Below the pieces are notes generated by a model. The model ran no database searches. It had not been told where the DNA came from and saw only the letters and a list, made by a program, of their open reading frames with translations. Both the position numbers and the translations under genes were made by a program. Source: Squalus acanthias (Eukaryota). From it: DNA of 64,000 nucleotides. The DNA lies in assembly GCA_030390025.1 (NCBI GenBank), contig CM059426.1, positions 34,658,001 through 34,722,000 on the forward strand, given 5' to 3'. This document shows positions 49,411 through 62,706 of the stretch, piece by piece (the first letter of the stretch is position 1; each line of letters begins with the position of its first letter).

Positions 49411-52400
49411 TTTGTTTCTTAGACTCAGCTAACTTTTCCTCCTTTTGTTTTACTTTACCCTGAGTAGAGGTCACTTGTTTTAGATATTCTGTGTAATATT
49501 AGCAGTCCTGCACATTACAATGTTCCTATGATACCTGGTTCGCACTGTAACATGATTGACAGGCTTTGCTGTGAGCAGCACAGATACATGATATAGAGGA
49601 ATACACTAAATTCAATTCAACAGAATATATTTTTTTATATATCAAAAACTGATTTAAGTTATGACAGAGGTAAAGACTTTGAAAACTGGAAACCTGAAGT
49701 GTGAACAGAAAATGCTGAAAATGATGAAACATTACAACTAAAATGATATCCTGTCTTTCTGCTTCAAATGCTGATCCATTTGCTGTGTATTTCCCACATT
49801 TTCTGTTTTTATTTAAGTAATTTAAGGTTTATTGAGCAGCTGTTTATTTTTGATGGGCCATTGACCACAATAAAACTAATTCTGGAGTCATAGTTCTATT
49901 AATACAATAGGATTCCTTAAAATGGTACAGTCTCTAGCTCCACAATAGTACCATGTATGGATATCACCCTCATAACTATGACTACAGAATACAGCCAGAG
50001 GAAAAGAGATGCATTGGGTTAAGAATACCTTCAAACCAGTTATACTAAAATAGATATTTTCTTTCTAAATTTTAAATAAAACAGTCCCAGCTCTAATTAT
50101 AATGGCTTAGCTTTAAGTAAAACGGTATAATGTTTCTCAGGGGGTCAGTCCGGTAGCTTCGGACAAGCAGTTTGCCTCGAAGGTCAAATAGGTACAAATT
50201 GGCACTGGCATTCTTATTACGTCTGCAGAAAATTCACTGTAAAAACCTAAAGGGTATAGACTTGACTAGCAGGAGCCAGATTTTCACAAGGGTCACTGCT
50301 ACCTCTAAAGCAGATGTTAGTGACTGACAGTAGGCAAGGAAAATGATTGCAAGACTTTCAGTGTCACAAATGATGATGGAATAATGTCCGAGTCATAACC
50401 AGTCCTTAAGAACAAGCATTTCTGTACTGAACAGTGTCCCTTTGAGGACTATTTTTCACCTTTCAAAAAGCTTGTGTCTTCGTTCATTTTTAATATCTCC
50501 AAAGACAGATATTTTGTAAACATCTAATGGTGAATGTTATACAGTAGAAATATACGAATGAGCAGAACCAAAGAGCATTTTTAAAGCGTGTAGTGTTCCT
50601 CAGATAAACATTTATTTACTTTGCATATTTCTTATTTGGAAATATTATTGCAATCCTCAGAGTGGTAAAAATTGGACGTTTTTATTAATAATTAATATTT
50701 AAATAAATTTATGTAGAGATAAAAGAAGAAAAACTTTGGAATTTCTGAAAATCTGAATAGGAATGCTGGAAATGTACGGCAGCTTCATCAGCATCTGACA
50801 GGTTAGCATTAGAGGGGTATCCTGTTCATCAAACTGGAAACGGGAAGAGAAGCAACTCCCTTTGTTAGAGTAAACAAATAAAATTGAGAGGGAAGAACAA
50901 CAGGGAAAAGTTGACAGTCAGGTGTGTAACTAGTATCACAAAGGGACAGTAAATGGGCTCAATAACTGTGAACAAATATTTAAAAAATCTGGAAAAAGGT
51001 GAAAAAGCATTGGATGTTCCAAAAAGACCATACAAACTCATTGGGGGGAGTTTTCACAGGAAACAACGGGTGGGTTGGAGGCGGGGGCGAAGTGAAAGTT
51101 GGAAAAATCATTGTGTGCTTCTTAGGGATAGTAATTAGCATAACTGACCCTTGACCTTTGTCCATTCTCTTGTCTCCTCTTTGTTTACTCCTATAGAGGA
51201 GCTCCCCTATCTTCTAGCTTCCAATTCTGAGAAGGATCTATAGCTGAAATGCTAACTTAGCTTTTTTTTCTTTTCAAATACTACAAAGACTTGCCCTGTA
51301 CTTGAAGTATTTTTCACAATATAATTAAAGTTACTTGCGAATGATAGAACAGGACTAAGATGTAGATTATTTACATTGTTTTCATCGTCAGTCAGTGTAA
51401 GTTTACAAACTAGCTTATCATATTTCTGAAAAGTTTTGAAAACCTAGATCATAACAACCTTGTGAAAATAGGCTGCCAACCGCAGGTCACTGTGGACCTC
51501 AGCATCCATCTCAGAAGACGCATTAATTTGGTACTAAACTTTAACTTGTTTAAATTCTATGAGTAATATTAAATCTAAAAATAAGTTCAACCTAAGAAAT
51601 GGCAGGTTATGTTGAAAAGTTAAATTAACAAGTGTTTTGCCAAATCTTTTGGGACTTACAGTAAATTTAGTCTTGTGACATCAAAAGCCGTGGTTATTGA
51701 CACTGTTACCCTTTGATGTCACAATTCTCATTTCTGGACATGAATCATGAATTCTTGTTATATCCCATAATGACATTTTAGTTTCATACATTCCCAGGTT
51801 CTAATCCAGTTCTCTTCAAGCTCATTGCTGTTATTATCTGATGTTATGAAATATCGAAAATCATCTGAAATATATTAAAAATACAATTACACATTTAATT
51901 GGTGCTAAAACGTTTTGAAATTCTGTTAGGTGATGGGTCGTCACTGATGTTTTGATGGAGTCTGTAATGTTGTAATTCAGTCCATTATCACCCCCTGGTG
52001 AGCAAATTTTTAAAGGCTGTGTTTATGTCTACACAATGGGAAGGTGCGGCAACAGTTTTCCTGAATTTAATTAATTTCAAAAACAAAAGAGAACCTTTAG
52101 CTTTATGTCACAGATTTGGCATCCTATTTGCTTTTGTGGTTGCATTGTTTTCTTTGATAAAGGAGCATTTCTTCATCAAGACTTCTTAGACACTAACAGC
52201 ATTGCAATAGAAATTTAGAAGCAACTCTCAAGTATAATTCAGCAGTAGGATACTTTCTGTGATATCTACTATATTTCCAAAAAAAATAAACATAATTTTC
52301 AAAGCTGGCCAAGCCTGCTATTCAGGGATTTGGATGTGCTGAGTGAGAACTTGTGTAGTGACATGATGTCCGGTTTATTAGGCCAAGTACTCACTAAGGA

Positions 52401-53708
52401 TTCTGTTTAATCACCGCAACGCTTCCCATTTAGACAAAATGTGGGAAATTATATTTTTTTGAGACAAATGAAATAACTACATGTCTTTATTCAAAGTCTT
52501 TCAGTGATAAATTAGATCTATGTTCTTGAAAGAGTTATACATGGAAGGAATGCTCCTTTAAAAGTAAGTCAAGTGGGAAGACAGTTTTCAGCCTCAAAAA
52601 TAGGCAAATTATTTATTTCAAATTGTAATCAATTTATTAAATATTAATCTGGTGTTATGTTGTAATTTTGTTCCCATTTATCTGCAAGCATTAATTTCAC
52701 AATTTGAGAAGATAAAGGCACACACATAATGGCGGACTTATTGAAATGGGTGATTAATCACAGCTCAGCCAGTCGAGTTTTGAGTGGACTGTCCATGAAT
52801 TTCTAAAATGTCCCCATGTTTTTGGTCAAGAGCAAAATGTGGCAACCCTATGCACAATTTTTCTAACTTTGGGCCATAACATAACAACATTACTTGTAAT
52901 CTTCTAACTTTGGGCTCAAGCACCAGTACAGGCTTTTTCCGAGCTAGTATCCCATGCTGCAAAGCTTCAAGAGCTTCAAGAGAATGATGCCAAAATGGGG
53001 AGAATTTGTACATCTTTAGAATGTTTCTGGTAGCTGAGCGACTGAAATAGGCTGAGAAAGCTGCGGGTTGAGCAACTTGAGAGAGTATCTAGTCGCTGTG
53101 AGCTCTGGCAATTTAAATCCTTATATTTTGGGTGTCATATACACAAAGACATCTCTCTGCGGATTTGAAAACATACTCATTGTATATCTTTGCGACGAGT
53201 TCAGGAAAGCATTCAGAGTTTAATAAGATATAGTGAAACGTGTTATGCAATCACCCCATGAACTCAACCAAATTTAAACCAAGGATAAATCCAGGGAATA
53301 AATACTGAAATTTTATTCACTAACTCATTTTTATTGTGGTTTCTAACGATGATCCAGATGGTTAAAGGTTTACTCTGCGTGCATGTTTTGGTTTTCAATT
53401 TTTCCCTCCTCTCCTGAAAGCAATAATGACTCTTGCTGGGATATAGTTCAATGGGCACCACCAGCTTTCTGATACCTCAGCCAAAGGCTGCTTGAGACTA
53501 GTTCTGCACAGACCAGAGATTGAACTTGAGATGTTCTTGATTTAAATGGCTCAGTAAATACCAGGTGGCATCTTTACCAACTAAGCCATCAGAGGAGCTC
53601 CAGGTGTAGATTTGTGTCAATGATGTCACTATACAGCAATTTGTACCAGTCTCTTGTAACTGGGTTAAATCAAATGTCTGTCTTGTTGGTTTCTGGAATT
53701 CAAAATAA

Positions 53709-53845
53709 TGGGTGTAATTTTTGACTTCGGTGGGGATGTAAAACGGGTGATATTGATTGGCCGCCCGCTATACACCTTGCCGGATTTTCCTTTCCGATCC
53801 AATATCGCCTGTTTTACATCCCTGCTGAAGTTGAAAGTCCCGCCG
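53709..53845. mobile_element. Palindromic MITE
   Basis: GACTTCGGTGGGGATGTAAAACGGGTGATATTG ... CAATATCGCCTGTTTTACATCCCTGCTGAAGTT fold-back; a related copy lies at ~59317-59442. Confidence 0.7.
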
Positions 53846-56800
53846 ATTGTGTTTATGAGACTTTGGCAGTTTAAAGATGACTGGGTTTCACTATATAACC
53901 AAGGCTTCTAGAATTTTAATTAATTTTCTCTGACTTTTGCTGCACTTGGTAAATCTGAATCAAACTGTTACAACTTAGATATAACTTTCAAAGTTGTCTA
54001 TCATGTTTAAAGGATGACTTAACCAATGATAGGCCAGTCCTACTACATAAATGTGATTTAACATGATGCTTGTTCAAGTCCAATTGTAAAACATCAAAAA
54101 GCTGAAATGAAGCAAGAAAAAGTCCCCTTTTCAAACACTTGAGAACAGAGGTCACCAGAATTTTTTTTTTAAAACTTGTTTTAAATAAATGTTTAGAAAT
54201 ATGTTTTAAAGGTATTGTTAGTGATACCTTTTTAGATAATCTTTTAGACCTGCAAAACATTGGATGTAGTTATGTGTATGAAAGATAAAGCCCATGTTAA
54301 TTTACAGTGCATTTCATAAAACGCAAACCTTCATCATTTAGGTAATAATCATGCAAACTTTCTGAAAATGAACAGCTCAGACATGATAAGTATAAAATGA
54401 CTGTCGAATATTGCTTTTGTCTGTTAATTAGTGCTAACTTTTTTAAGAATCTGACCAATGTTTGAAACTGGGTTCACTACAGTCAAGACTGCGTTATTTT
54501 TTATTGCATTTGATTATCTCACAGCAAAAAAAAAGTTAGCAATGCAAACAAACTGTTAACAATAACAGCTTCCTGTGTGCATTTTGTTAAAACCAAAATA
54601 TAAGGGTAAAAAAAAACTATAGGCTAATTATATTGAACAGTTTGCTTTGCATTGCACAGCATTACAAAATATGCAATATAACTAGAGGTTTGGGAATTTA
54701 ATTCTAAATTCATTCTATTTCCAGTATAACTGCAACCAATGCAAAGCCATTTTAAAATTTTGATTTCTAATTTATCAACAAGACACTTGGCTCTTTCAGC
54801 AGCATTTGGACAGCATGTAGCAGAATACTGCTTGTGTTTTAAGTATGTATATGCAGACATCTGCTTCCTCCCACATTTGAGAGTGGAGTGGAACCAGCAA
54901 TATAATTGAATGCTGCAGACTCACACCACTTTAACCCAGTTACTGCTGTTAAACCAATACCTGAAGTACGTCTGTGTGCCACCCCCTGAAATCAAAGATA
55001 CACTGAATTTGAAAAATAAGGAAAAGTTGTTTTTTTCAATTGTCCAGCTATCCTCTGCTTGGAATAGCTGTATGCAGGAAGCCCATTATTGGTATTCAAT
55101 TGTTATTTTACAAGAATAACTCAGAATAAGTCTGCATTCACCATTTCTTGAATTTCTCCTTGTTACATTAATACACCTTTTTTTCTTTCAATTATTTTGC
55201 TTATGGCATGATGAGAATGTTATTCTCTTTTCATGAAACTCATTCACTTGCAGCGGTTATCACTACATCGGAACACTTGGCCCAATGTCTCCAGCCCTTC
55301 TCCCATCTATTAACTATATATGCACACTATTAACTGTTCTCCAGACAGGGTGGAAAAATTAGTTAACAAGAAGTATGTATTCTGGTCCATCTATTCGAAC
55401 TTAAAGAAGGAAAGCCCATAAAGAGTAATTTCAGTTCAAGTTACTTCCCTAAAGAAAATAAATTAGACTATGCATTTCTTTCCTTGTTGTATAACATAAT
55501 TTTGATTTATTGAATTATTTTTCCTCTAATGATTTCAGGTCTCTACTCGCATCCAAAGCTGCTCTAATGGTGTAAGCTATGTATTCATTCCAAAGTGATT
55601 TTATTCGCTTATGTGGAAGTCATCACTTGGGCTGGCCAGGATGCCAATCCTGAGATTCCCGAGCTGGGAGACGTTAGTTCCTCTAGGCATCTCCAGATCA
55701 GCATCCAAGCTAGTTCAAAGTCTCAAATTCCATGTAAGTGAACGGAGCCACACCAGAATACATCTGTTCCACTCATTTAATCTACATCTTCAGAACAAAT
55801 GGTGGGTCTGCAGGGGAGGAGACGACTCCCTAAATCAATGTTATCTTGTACAAGGTAGGAGATACATTGTTCATTTAAAAAAAAAATACACGTGGGGAGT
55901 ACTCGGCTTTCTTTTAAATTTCTGCCACAGGTTTTAATCAGTTAGTGGCTGAGAGACATTCCATTGAATGAAGAGTGCGTCTGGCTGCCAGTTGGTGTGG
56001 GGAATGGGCTGAGGGACTTTGAACATTGCATTATACGCTGGCAAATAATACCTCAGGGTCTCAGCATCCATTTAAGCCAAGAAGTAAAGCAAAAAGTGGA
56101 GGGTCCTATGGGTACAGGCTCGGCCATATTTCAAATTACTTTTGAAAAATCAATTTCTCTCCTTGAAATGAACAAAATAATAAAACAAAAACAATTGGTC
56201 ATTGAAATAACAGGAATTCTCTAGGATAGAGCTGCTTAGAGTCTGGAGCATTCCTTAGATACATTTATTTTTGTATTTATTATTGTTCCAATGTTTTTTT
56301 GGTATCAAAATTCATTCACACTTTCTTTTACCAAATACTATGCTGCTTACGTAGCACCCCCGCCCCCTCACTATCTGTGGAGTGCATCTACTATATGTCC
56401 AGAATCTTATACTGCAGTGATGTCAGTGTGATTCATGCTGACAGAAGCAGTGTGAGACCATCTCAAGGAGGTCCTCTGACATTGTTTTAGCTTCGCACCC
56501 GCTGCAGTCTATTTAAAAGCTGAAAAATAATTTAATTACAAAAAATCTTTTAACATTTTAGTTCTTTGTTTAATGCTAACAAAGTGGCAACTGTCCCATC
56601 ATTCCATTTCCAGAATTAAACATGTCACTGGCGTTTGGATGCTGGTAAGCAAAGTTCTGTGTAGCAACACCAAGCAACACAGAGGAGCAGTGTGGCAGGG
56701 GGAGGGGGAAGGGACGGTTGGTGGGTGGTCAGTGAGCACTGCTCTAGTCAGCGTGGGGTTGATAATATGATGGCAGGCGTCTGTTATCTTGAAGCGTTTG

Positions 56801-58244
56801 GAGTCCAGTCCCAGGAAAATTGGAGATGGATATCTGAGGCCTGCAAAGCACTGAGGTGCCCAGCTTGCCCTAACGTAGCCGACAAGTGCAGAGTTCGGCC
56901 AGGAGCCTGCACACAAGCTGTGTGTTAGGCTCGTGAGGTCCCCAGTCTCTAGGTTAATTAGGTGGCTGCCCTATTGCCATACCACCTGTTCAGATTGGGC
57001 GCTGAAAGGGAGGCTGGTGTTGATTTTTTTTTAAAATAATCGGACGCCTCTGCCCTTTCTGCCCCCTTGGCAACCCTGGTTCCCTGGCACTAGTGCTTCC
57101 ATGCTCCCTGCGCCCCTCTGCCCTCCCCACACACCAGGAAAGTGCCCAGTGCACAAATGGCAATGCTTCACTGGCTGCTCGCATCGATAATGTGGCCTTC
57201 GAGCTTCCGGGCACATTGAGAGAGATGCATCCAGAGCACCAGTAAATAATACTAATGGTCTGACCTAACATTATCTGGTGAAGTTAGCTCATTTTGCATG
57301 TAGCACCAGCACCAACAGTGCTCAGGTACTCAGGCCACATTATCTGCCCCAATATTTACCAACAGCTTAAATGATTTAAAAGGAACATATTAAGAATGTT
57401 ACTTCAGGTAGTGACCAGAGCAACCCTTCCCCAGTTCTAAAGCTGGTAACAGTGTCAAACTGGAGCATCATTACATCACTGTCACTATAGCAGCCTCCTC
57501 AATGGACATCCTCAGTCCATGCTAACTTTGAGCTGTTCACCTTTCAGTATTTAAATAGGTTTTAACTGAATTTCATAGTTTCATCCAGATGTGAATGTTA
57601 TAGTGCAAGGGATCACAAACAACATATTTAAAGCGTGTTTTTAAAGACTATGCAAAGGAAAAGGTTTTTAATTAAAAATCGTGCGAAATTCTACTGCGTT
57701 CCTCCTCCTGTCAGTATTTGAAAGAAGTGGATACTTACAAAGCAAATTTTGACAGTAACTTTTCTTTCCTCCAGTTGCGTGATTAGGGTTACAATTTTTT
57801 GCGTAAACTCACATACTCCTTTAATTGTATTTTTAAAAAAAACACACAATGCTCATTGTTAGTTAGGTTCTTCTTCTCATGTTTTTATTATTTATTAAGC
57901 TTAATGTCTGCGCCTGACGCCGTGCAATATCCGTAGCTGTGTAAAACGCGAGTTACAACCTGCTGTATCAGTGTTACGTGTTTCAACTATTGCATAGTTT
58001 AAGCTTTTATTGTCGTTGATGTTGACGTATCCGGGCACTTTAAAAACCTTTGCAAGGTTCCCAGTCCTTTCGAGTTTCAGTTGCTTGTTTGTACACTGTT
58101 TTCTTGCTGTTTAAACATATGCCCTCCATCAGGCGCATAAAGGTGTTTTGTCTGCATCATGCTGGAATATGTTTTTCTTTAAATTATTTTTTAAATTTCC
58201 GCTATCATCAAATGGTAGTGCTGTAAATTCTGCAATTAATGTCC

Positions 58245-58250
58245 AATAAA
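58245..58250 (+). terminator. Candidate polyadenylation signal
   Basis: AATAAA with upstream TGTA (58222-58225) and downstream U/GU-rich sequence (GTAGTTTGTTAATCGCTTTCCTGTCTGTT), at the end of a repeat-free UTR-like block. Confidence 0.45.
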
Positions 58251-58459
58251 CTGCTTTTATTCATTCCAGACTGAATTTGGAGTAGTTTGTTAATCGCTTT
58301 CCTGTCTGTTCACTGCTCCACCAGCAATTATATTGTTGACTGTTGTGAAATTGCATCCAGATTTATCTTTGGAGGAGGGTGGGAATATGAGATTTGCTGA
58401 TTCATTGAATATATCTTGTTGTAAAAGCCTTTATTAAGTTCATCTGAATGCTTAGGGAG

Positions 58460-58925
58460 TCTGTCAGCTGTGGCTCAGTTGGTAGCACACTCGCCTCTGA
58501 GTCAGAAGGTTGTGGATTCAAGTCCCACTACCAGGGACTTGAGCACAGAAAGCTAGGCTGATGCTGCAGTGCAGTGCTGAAAGAGTGCTGCACTGTCGGA
58601 GGTGCCGTCTTTCGGATGAGACGTTAAACCGAGGCCCCGTCTGCTCTCTCAGGTGGACGTAAAAGATCCCAAGGCACTGTTTCGAAGAAGAGTAGGGGAG
58701 TTATCCCCGGTGTCCTGGCCAATATTTATCCCTCAACCAACATAACAAAAACAGGTTATCACATTATTGTTTGTGGGAGCTTGCTGTGCGCAAATTGGCT
58801 GCCGCGTTTCCCACATTACAACAGTGACTCCACTTCAAAAGTACTTCGTTGGCTGTAAAGTGCTTTGAGACATCCGGTGGTCGTGAAAGGCGCTATATAA
58901 ATGCAAGTCTTTCTTTCTTTCTTTA
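58460..58925 (+). mobile_element. Full-length tRNA-derived Deu-domain SINE (SacSINE1-like)
   Basis: A box TGGCTCAGTTGG, B box GGATTCAAGTCC, Deu-like core GCTTGCTGTGCGCAAATTGGCTGCCGCGTTTCCCACATTACAACAGTGAC, and L2-like tail GGCGCTATATAAATGCAAGTCTTTCTTTCTTT. Confidence 0.85.
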
Positions 58926-60264
58926 GGTTTACTATGGTACTGAGCCATTCGGACCAGGAAATTCCCAGGTTGACTCTTTGGCCTGTACTAAGTTACCTGA
59001 ACTCAGCTTCAATGCCAGTTAGGGCTGCACAAGTGGCAATCCTGGGCTGGGAAGGAGACAATCAATCAGGGTTCCTATTCCAGATCACCAACCAGCGATC
59101 CCTGTTGGAAGTACATGTGCGTGTGGGTATCAGCTGAGGATAGAATTTGTCTCGGCTGTGATGGCCCAGTGGCTGAGTAGCCTGCTAACCCTCACCACTA
59201 ATACACAAGATACTGGAGGCAGAGCTTTGCCCCTGGAATCATATTCCAACAAGGAGTCAACACTCGCAGGAGATGAGAGGAGAAAAGAAAACTGTACAGG
59301 AAAGTAAGCTGCTTCACCTTCGTGGGGACGTAAAATGTGCAATATTTGATCGGCCGCCCGTTATACACAAAGAGTAATCAGGTTGAGTGTATGACAGGTG
59401 GTCGATCCGATATCATCTGTTTTACACCCCTGCCAAAGTTGGCGGTTCTGGTGATTGTTTCTATTTCAATATTTCTACAAGATTACCCATAAGCAGGCAG
59501 CAACCCATGTGATCCGATGGGTAGGTCTTAGGTTACACTGTTCAGCAGCACAGCTGTACACAAATCATTGACAAGGCCATCTCTGATCACTACCTTGTCT
59601 CCCTCACTCTTTGCCCATTTCGTCCCCCGCCCCCCGCCCTCCTCCCCCAACCTCACTACCCTCTCCTTCTGTCCCTGGCAAAACTTTATTCCAGGTCAAT
59701 CATTAATACACTATCTAACTCCCTTCCACTGGCCCACCATAATAGCACTGCTGCTGTCACATTACCTAACAGCTTCCTTGGTTCTGCTTTTGATGCCTTC
59801 ATCCCTTCTGAGTCACACATGCTCCCTTGCCCCTGTTGTTCCCTTGGTACAGTTTTTAATTCTGCACCCTTAAGGTTGAAGTCTGCAAACTCAAGCACAC
59901 CTGGTGTATGACCAGCCTAGTTGTCCACTACCTGACTTGACTAGTACACGGCAAGCAAGACCAAATCTCCCTCTTCACAGGATCATCTTCAAAAGGTAAG
60001 GATGCTTCTTGACTCCTCAATGGCCAAACACCTCCCCTAACCTCCTACCTCCATCTCCCCCATTCTCGCCTCCAAATTCAAATACAAGCACCTTCTGGAA
60101 TTCCTCAGCTCAAACTATCTGCACAGGTGCCTCAGCAGCCACCTACTCCTCCGTCTTGCTCCTGTCCCCAGTAATTTCCCTACCCCATCCTAAGCCCCCT
60201 ATCACTGTAACTTCACCCCCGTCTTCCCCAGCTCTCACAAGGCTCATCTCTATGTGACATATTA

Positions 60265-60395
60265 CCTGACGAAGGGTCATCGACCTGAAACGTTAACTCT
60301 GTTTCTCTCTCTACAGATACTGCCTGACCTGCTGAGTATTTCCAGCATTTTCTGTTTTTATTTCAGATTTCCAGCATCCACAGTATTTTGCTTTT
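60265..60395 (+). mobile_element. Penelope-like repeat fragment with hammerhead core
   Basis: CTGACGA-A-GGGTC-ATC-GACCT-GAAACGTT followed by TCTCTCTACAGATACTGCCTGACCTGCTGAGTATTTCCAGCA. The 5' strand of stem I appears lost. Confidence 0.75.
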
Positions 60396-60499
60396 GACAC
60401 AATACCTGTTCTCTAATCCTATCCTCATCTAACAACTTCTCGCACCAGTGTTCACTGACAGTGTAAATTATTCTCTTAGAATAGACATAATTTCTTTCT

Positions 60500-61860
60500 C
60501 CTTCAAAACCACTGTCATTATCCTCCCCCTTTAAAATTCCTACCTTCAAGCTCTCCATCTTCTCTAACTACCATCCCATATCTAACTCCCTTTCCTCCCC
60601 GGTATCCTTGAATTCACCATTACCCAGCTCCATGCTCAACTCCACCAAAAGTTTTCAAATCCTTTAATCTGGCTTTCACCCTGCTTAGGGCTCTGGGCCA
60701 AAGTCATCATTGACATTCTCTGACTGCAACCGTGCCATGTTGTCCCACCTTGACCTCTCCACGACATTCAAACACAATTAACTCCTCCATTCTCTTCTGT
60801 TGCCTCGCCTCCATCCCTCTCATCTGATTTCATTCCTATCTGTCCCAATGCAACCAGCATATGGCTTAACATGGGGTTAGGTTCCACATGTACACTGACA
60901 ACACCCAGTTCTTCCTCTCCACCACCTCTCTCAACATCCTGTGCCTCTCCCATTCCCTACGCCCTGCTGGATATGCCTTCAGCTGTCTAGGCCCCATGTT
61001 ATGGAATTCCCTCCTTAAACCTCTCTTCCTCCCTCCCCTCCTTTAAGACTCTCCTTAAAACTCACCTGCTTGACCAAGCTTTTAGTCTCCTTACCTAATA
61101 TTTCCATCTTTGGCTTGGTGTCAATTTTTATCGATTACGCTTCTGAGAAGCACCTTTGGATATTTTTTTTTCTATGTTAAAGATCCTATATGAATGTAAG
61201 TTGTTGTTGCTCTCGTTGTTACCATCCCCTCATGGTCACCTCTGGAGTACCTCAAGGTTCCATCCTTGACCCCCTATTCTTCTTTGTTTACATGCTGCCC
61301 TCAGAGACATTACTCACATGCAGGCATCAGGTTTCATAAATATGCTGATAACACTTAGCTTTATCCCTCCACCCTCACCCTCAATTCCACAACCATCTCA
61401 GTTTTGTCAGATTCCATCTGATATCAAATCATTGATCAGCCAGAAATTTCTCCAATTGAATATTGGAAGAACTAAGTCCATCTGACTTGGCTTCCACCAA
61501 AATCTGTGCACTCTTTCCCCATCTCCATACTTCTTCACAGCTGCTCATTCAGGCTGAACCAGATAGGATACAACCTGATTGTCCTGTTCAACCCTAAGCT
61601 GAGATTCAAATACCAATCCTATGCATCACAAAGACCACCTGCTGCCACTTCAACAACATTACTTACCTCCATCCCGACCTTAACACACCCACCACTAAGA
61701 CACTGATCTGCTTTTGTTACTTTAAGACTTGACTTCGCCAATGCTCTCCACACTGATCTCCTGAACACTACCCTATCAAATGCCAACTCAACACTAATGC
61801 TCTGTCCTCACTAAATCCAATGCACTCCTGTCCTCAGTGATCTGCATTTACTCATTGGAA
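60500..61860 (+). mobile_element. Cluster of degenerate L2 LINE fragments
   Basis: GGAGTACCTCAAGGTTCCATCCTTGACCCCCTATT (GVPQGS..), TATGCTGATAACACT (YADD-like) and L2 3' tail ...ATATGAATGTAAGTTGTTGTTG at ~61190-61210. Confidence 0.7.
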
Positions 61861-62431
61861 CGACCTCCCTAAACCTCTTCATGTTGTAACTTCTCTTCTG
61901 CCTTTAAAACTTTCTCAGGGCAACTAGGGATGGGAAATAAATGTGGCCTTGCCAGTATCGCCCATATCCTGTGAACAAATTCAAAAAACTACTTCCAGTT
62001 TTTTTTTGAACAGTTTCTTGGGGTGAAATGTTATGAGCCTTCTTTTGGCCCTTGATAAACAGAAAACAGCCTTGAAGTGAATCCTTCAGGTACAGGTGTG
62101 AGCCCAGATATTTACGTGAACAGATATCAGCTGCTACATATGAAATGCTGAGCATGTTTTCTCTGCTTGATTGCTTTGAAGACAATACCATCAATCATGA
62201 TCAAAGAAACAATACCACAATTTTTTGTAATGTTCATTTACATGAGGAACATTCTGTGGAATGTTAATAAGATGGTACACGCACATTATTGGGAATCTTA
62301 GCTATTTTTACACTTCCATGTCACCTGGTGACTTTCATGCATACCGTCCAGTGTTTAGTGATCCAACACAATTTGTCAACAACTTTCTTAGAAACAACAT
62401 TCCACATTCAAAAAATTGTTAACTGTGATAG

Positions 62432-62666
62432 TGTGGCGGATCGCCACCTAAACGGGCGCAATCCACTTTTCCGTCCGTGGACAATAAATCGGGCACCTTG
62501 CCTTTAAGGCACCTTGCCTTTAAGGCAGGAGAAAAGGAGTGGGCGGGTTCTCAGAACCTTCCAGATTCTAGTGTTAGCAGCCATCTTAGCAGGCAGATGT
62601 AATAAAAAGCTTTTGTGTTCCACACATGGACTCGGCCTTAATTCGTGTTTCGCGGCAGCCACAACA
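62432..62666 (+). mobile_element. 5' LTR of a Ty3/Gypsy retrotransposon
   Basis: TGTGGC...GCCACAACA termini, AATAAA at 62601-62606, internal 16-bp tandem duplication (GGCACCTTGCCTTTAA)x2 at 62492-62523; immediately followed by the PBS. Confidence 0.8.
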
Positions 62667-62667
62667 T

Positions 62668-62681
62668 TGGTGACCCCGACG
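62668..62681 (+). promoter_or_regulatory. Primer binding site, tRNA-Trp
   Basis: TGGTGACCCCGACG is complementary to the 3' end of vertebrate tRNA-Trp (...CGUCGGGGUCACCA). Confidence 0.85.
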
Positions 62682-62706
62682 CTCAGAACGTATTCCGAGC
62701 ACTGCA

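Larger units (their letters stand above)
39907..58270 (+). other. Putative very long ONECUT2 3'UTR (distal end uncertain)
   Basis: AU-rich, no coding exons, dense miR-9/miR-218/let-7 sites proximally. Candidate terminal AATAAA at 58245-58250. Mammalian ONECUT2 is known to have a >10 kb 3'UTR. Confidence 0.5.

Noticed and set aside
58465-58535. tRNA gene
   Set aside because: The A/B boxes are the head of a SINE that continues into a Deu-like core and LINE-derived tail; no proper acceptor stem or terminator.
60261-60300. Second active hammerhead ribozyme
   Set aside because: Core and stem II are intact, but the upstream TTAC cannot pair with the downstream AACT, so stem I is missing. The 49282-49410 copy has core mutations.
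46000-62400. Exons of the next syntenic gene (e.g. FECH) or another hidden coding gene
   Set aside because: No ORF or translated segment resembles a known protein other than TE remnants; the acceptor-like site at ~55538 has no supporting coding signal.
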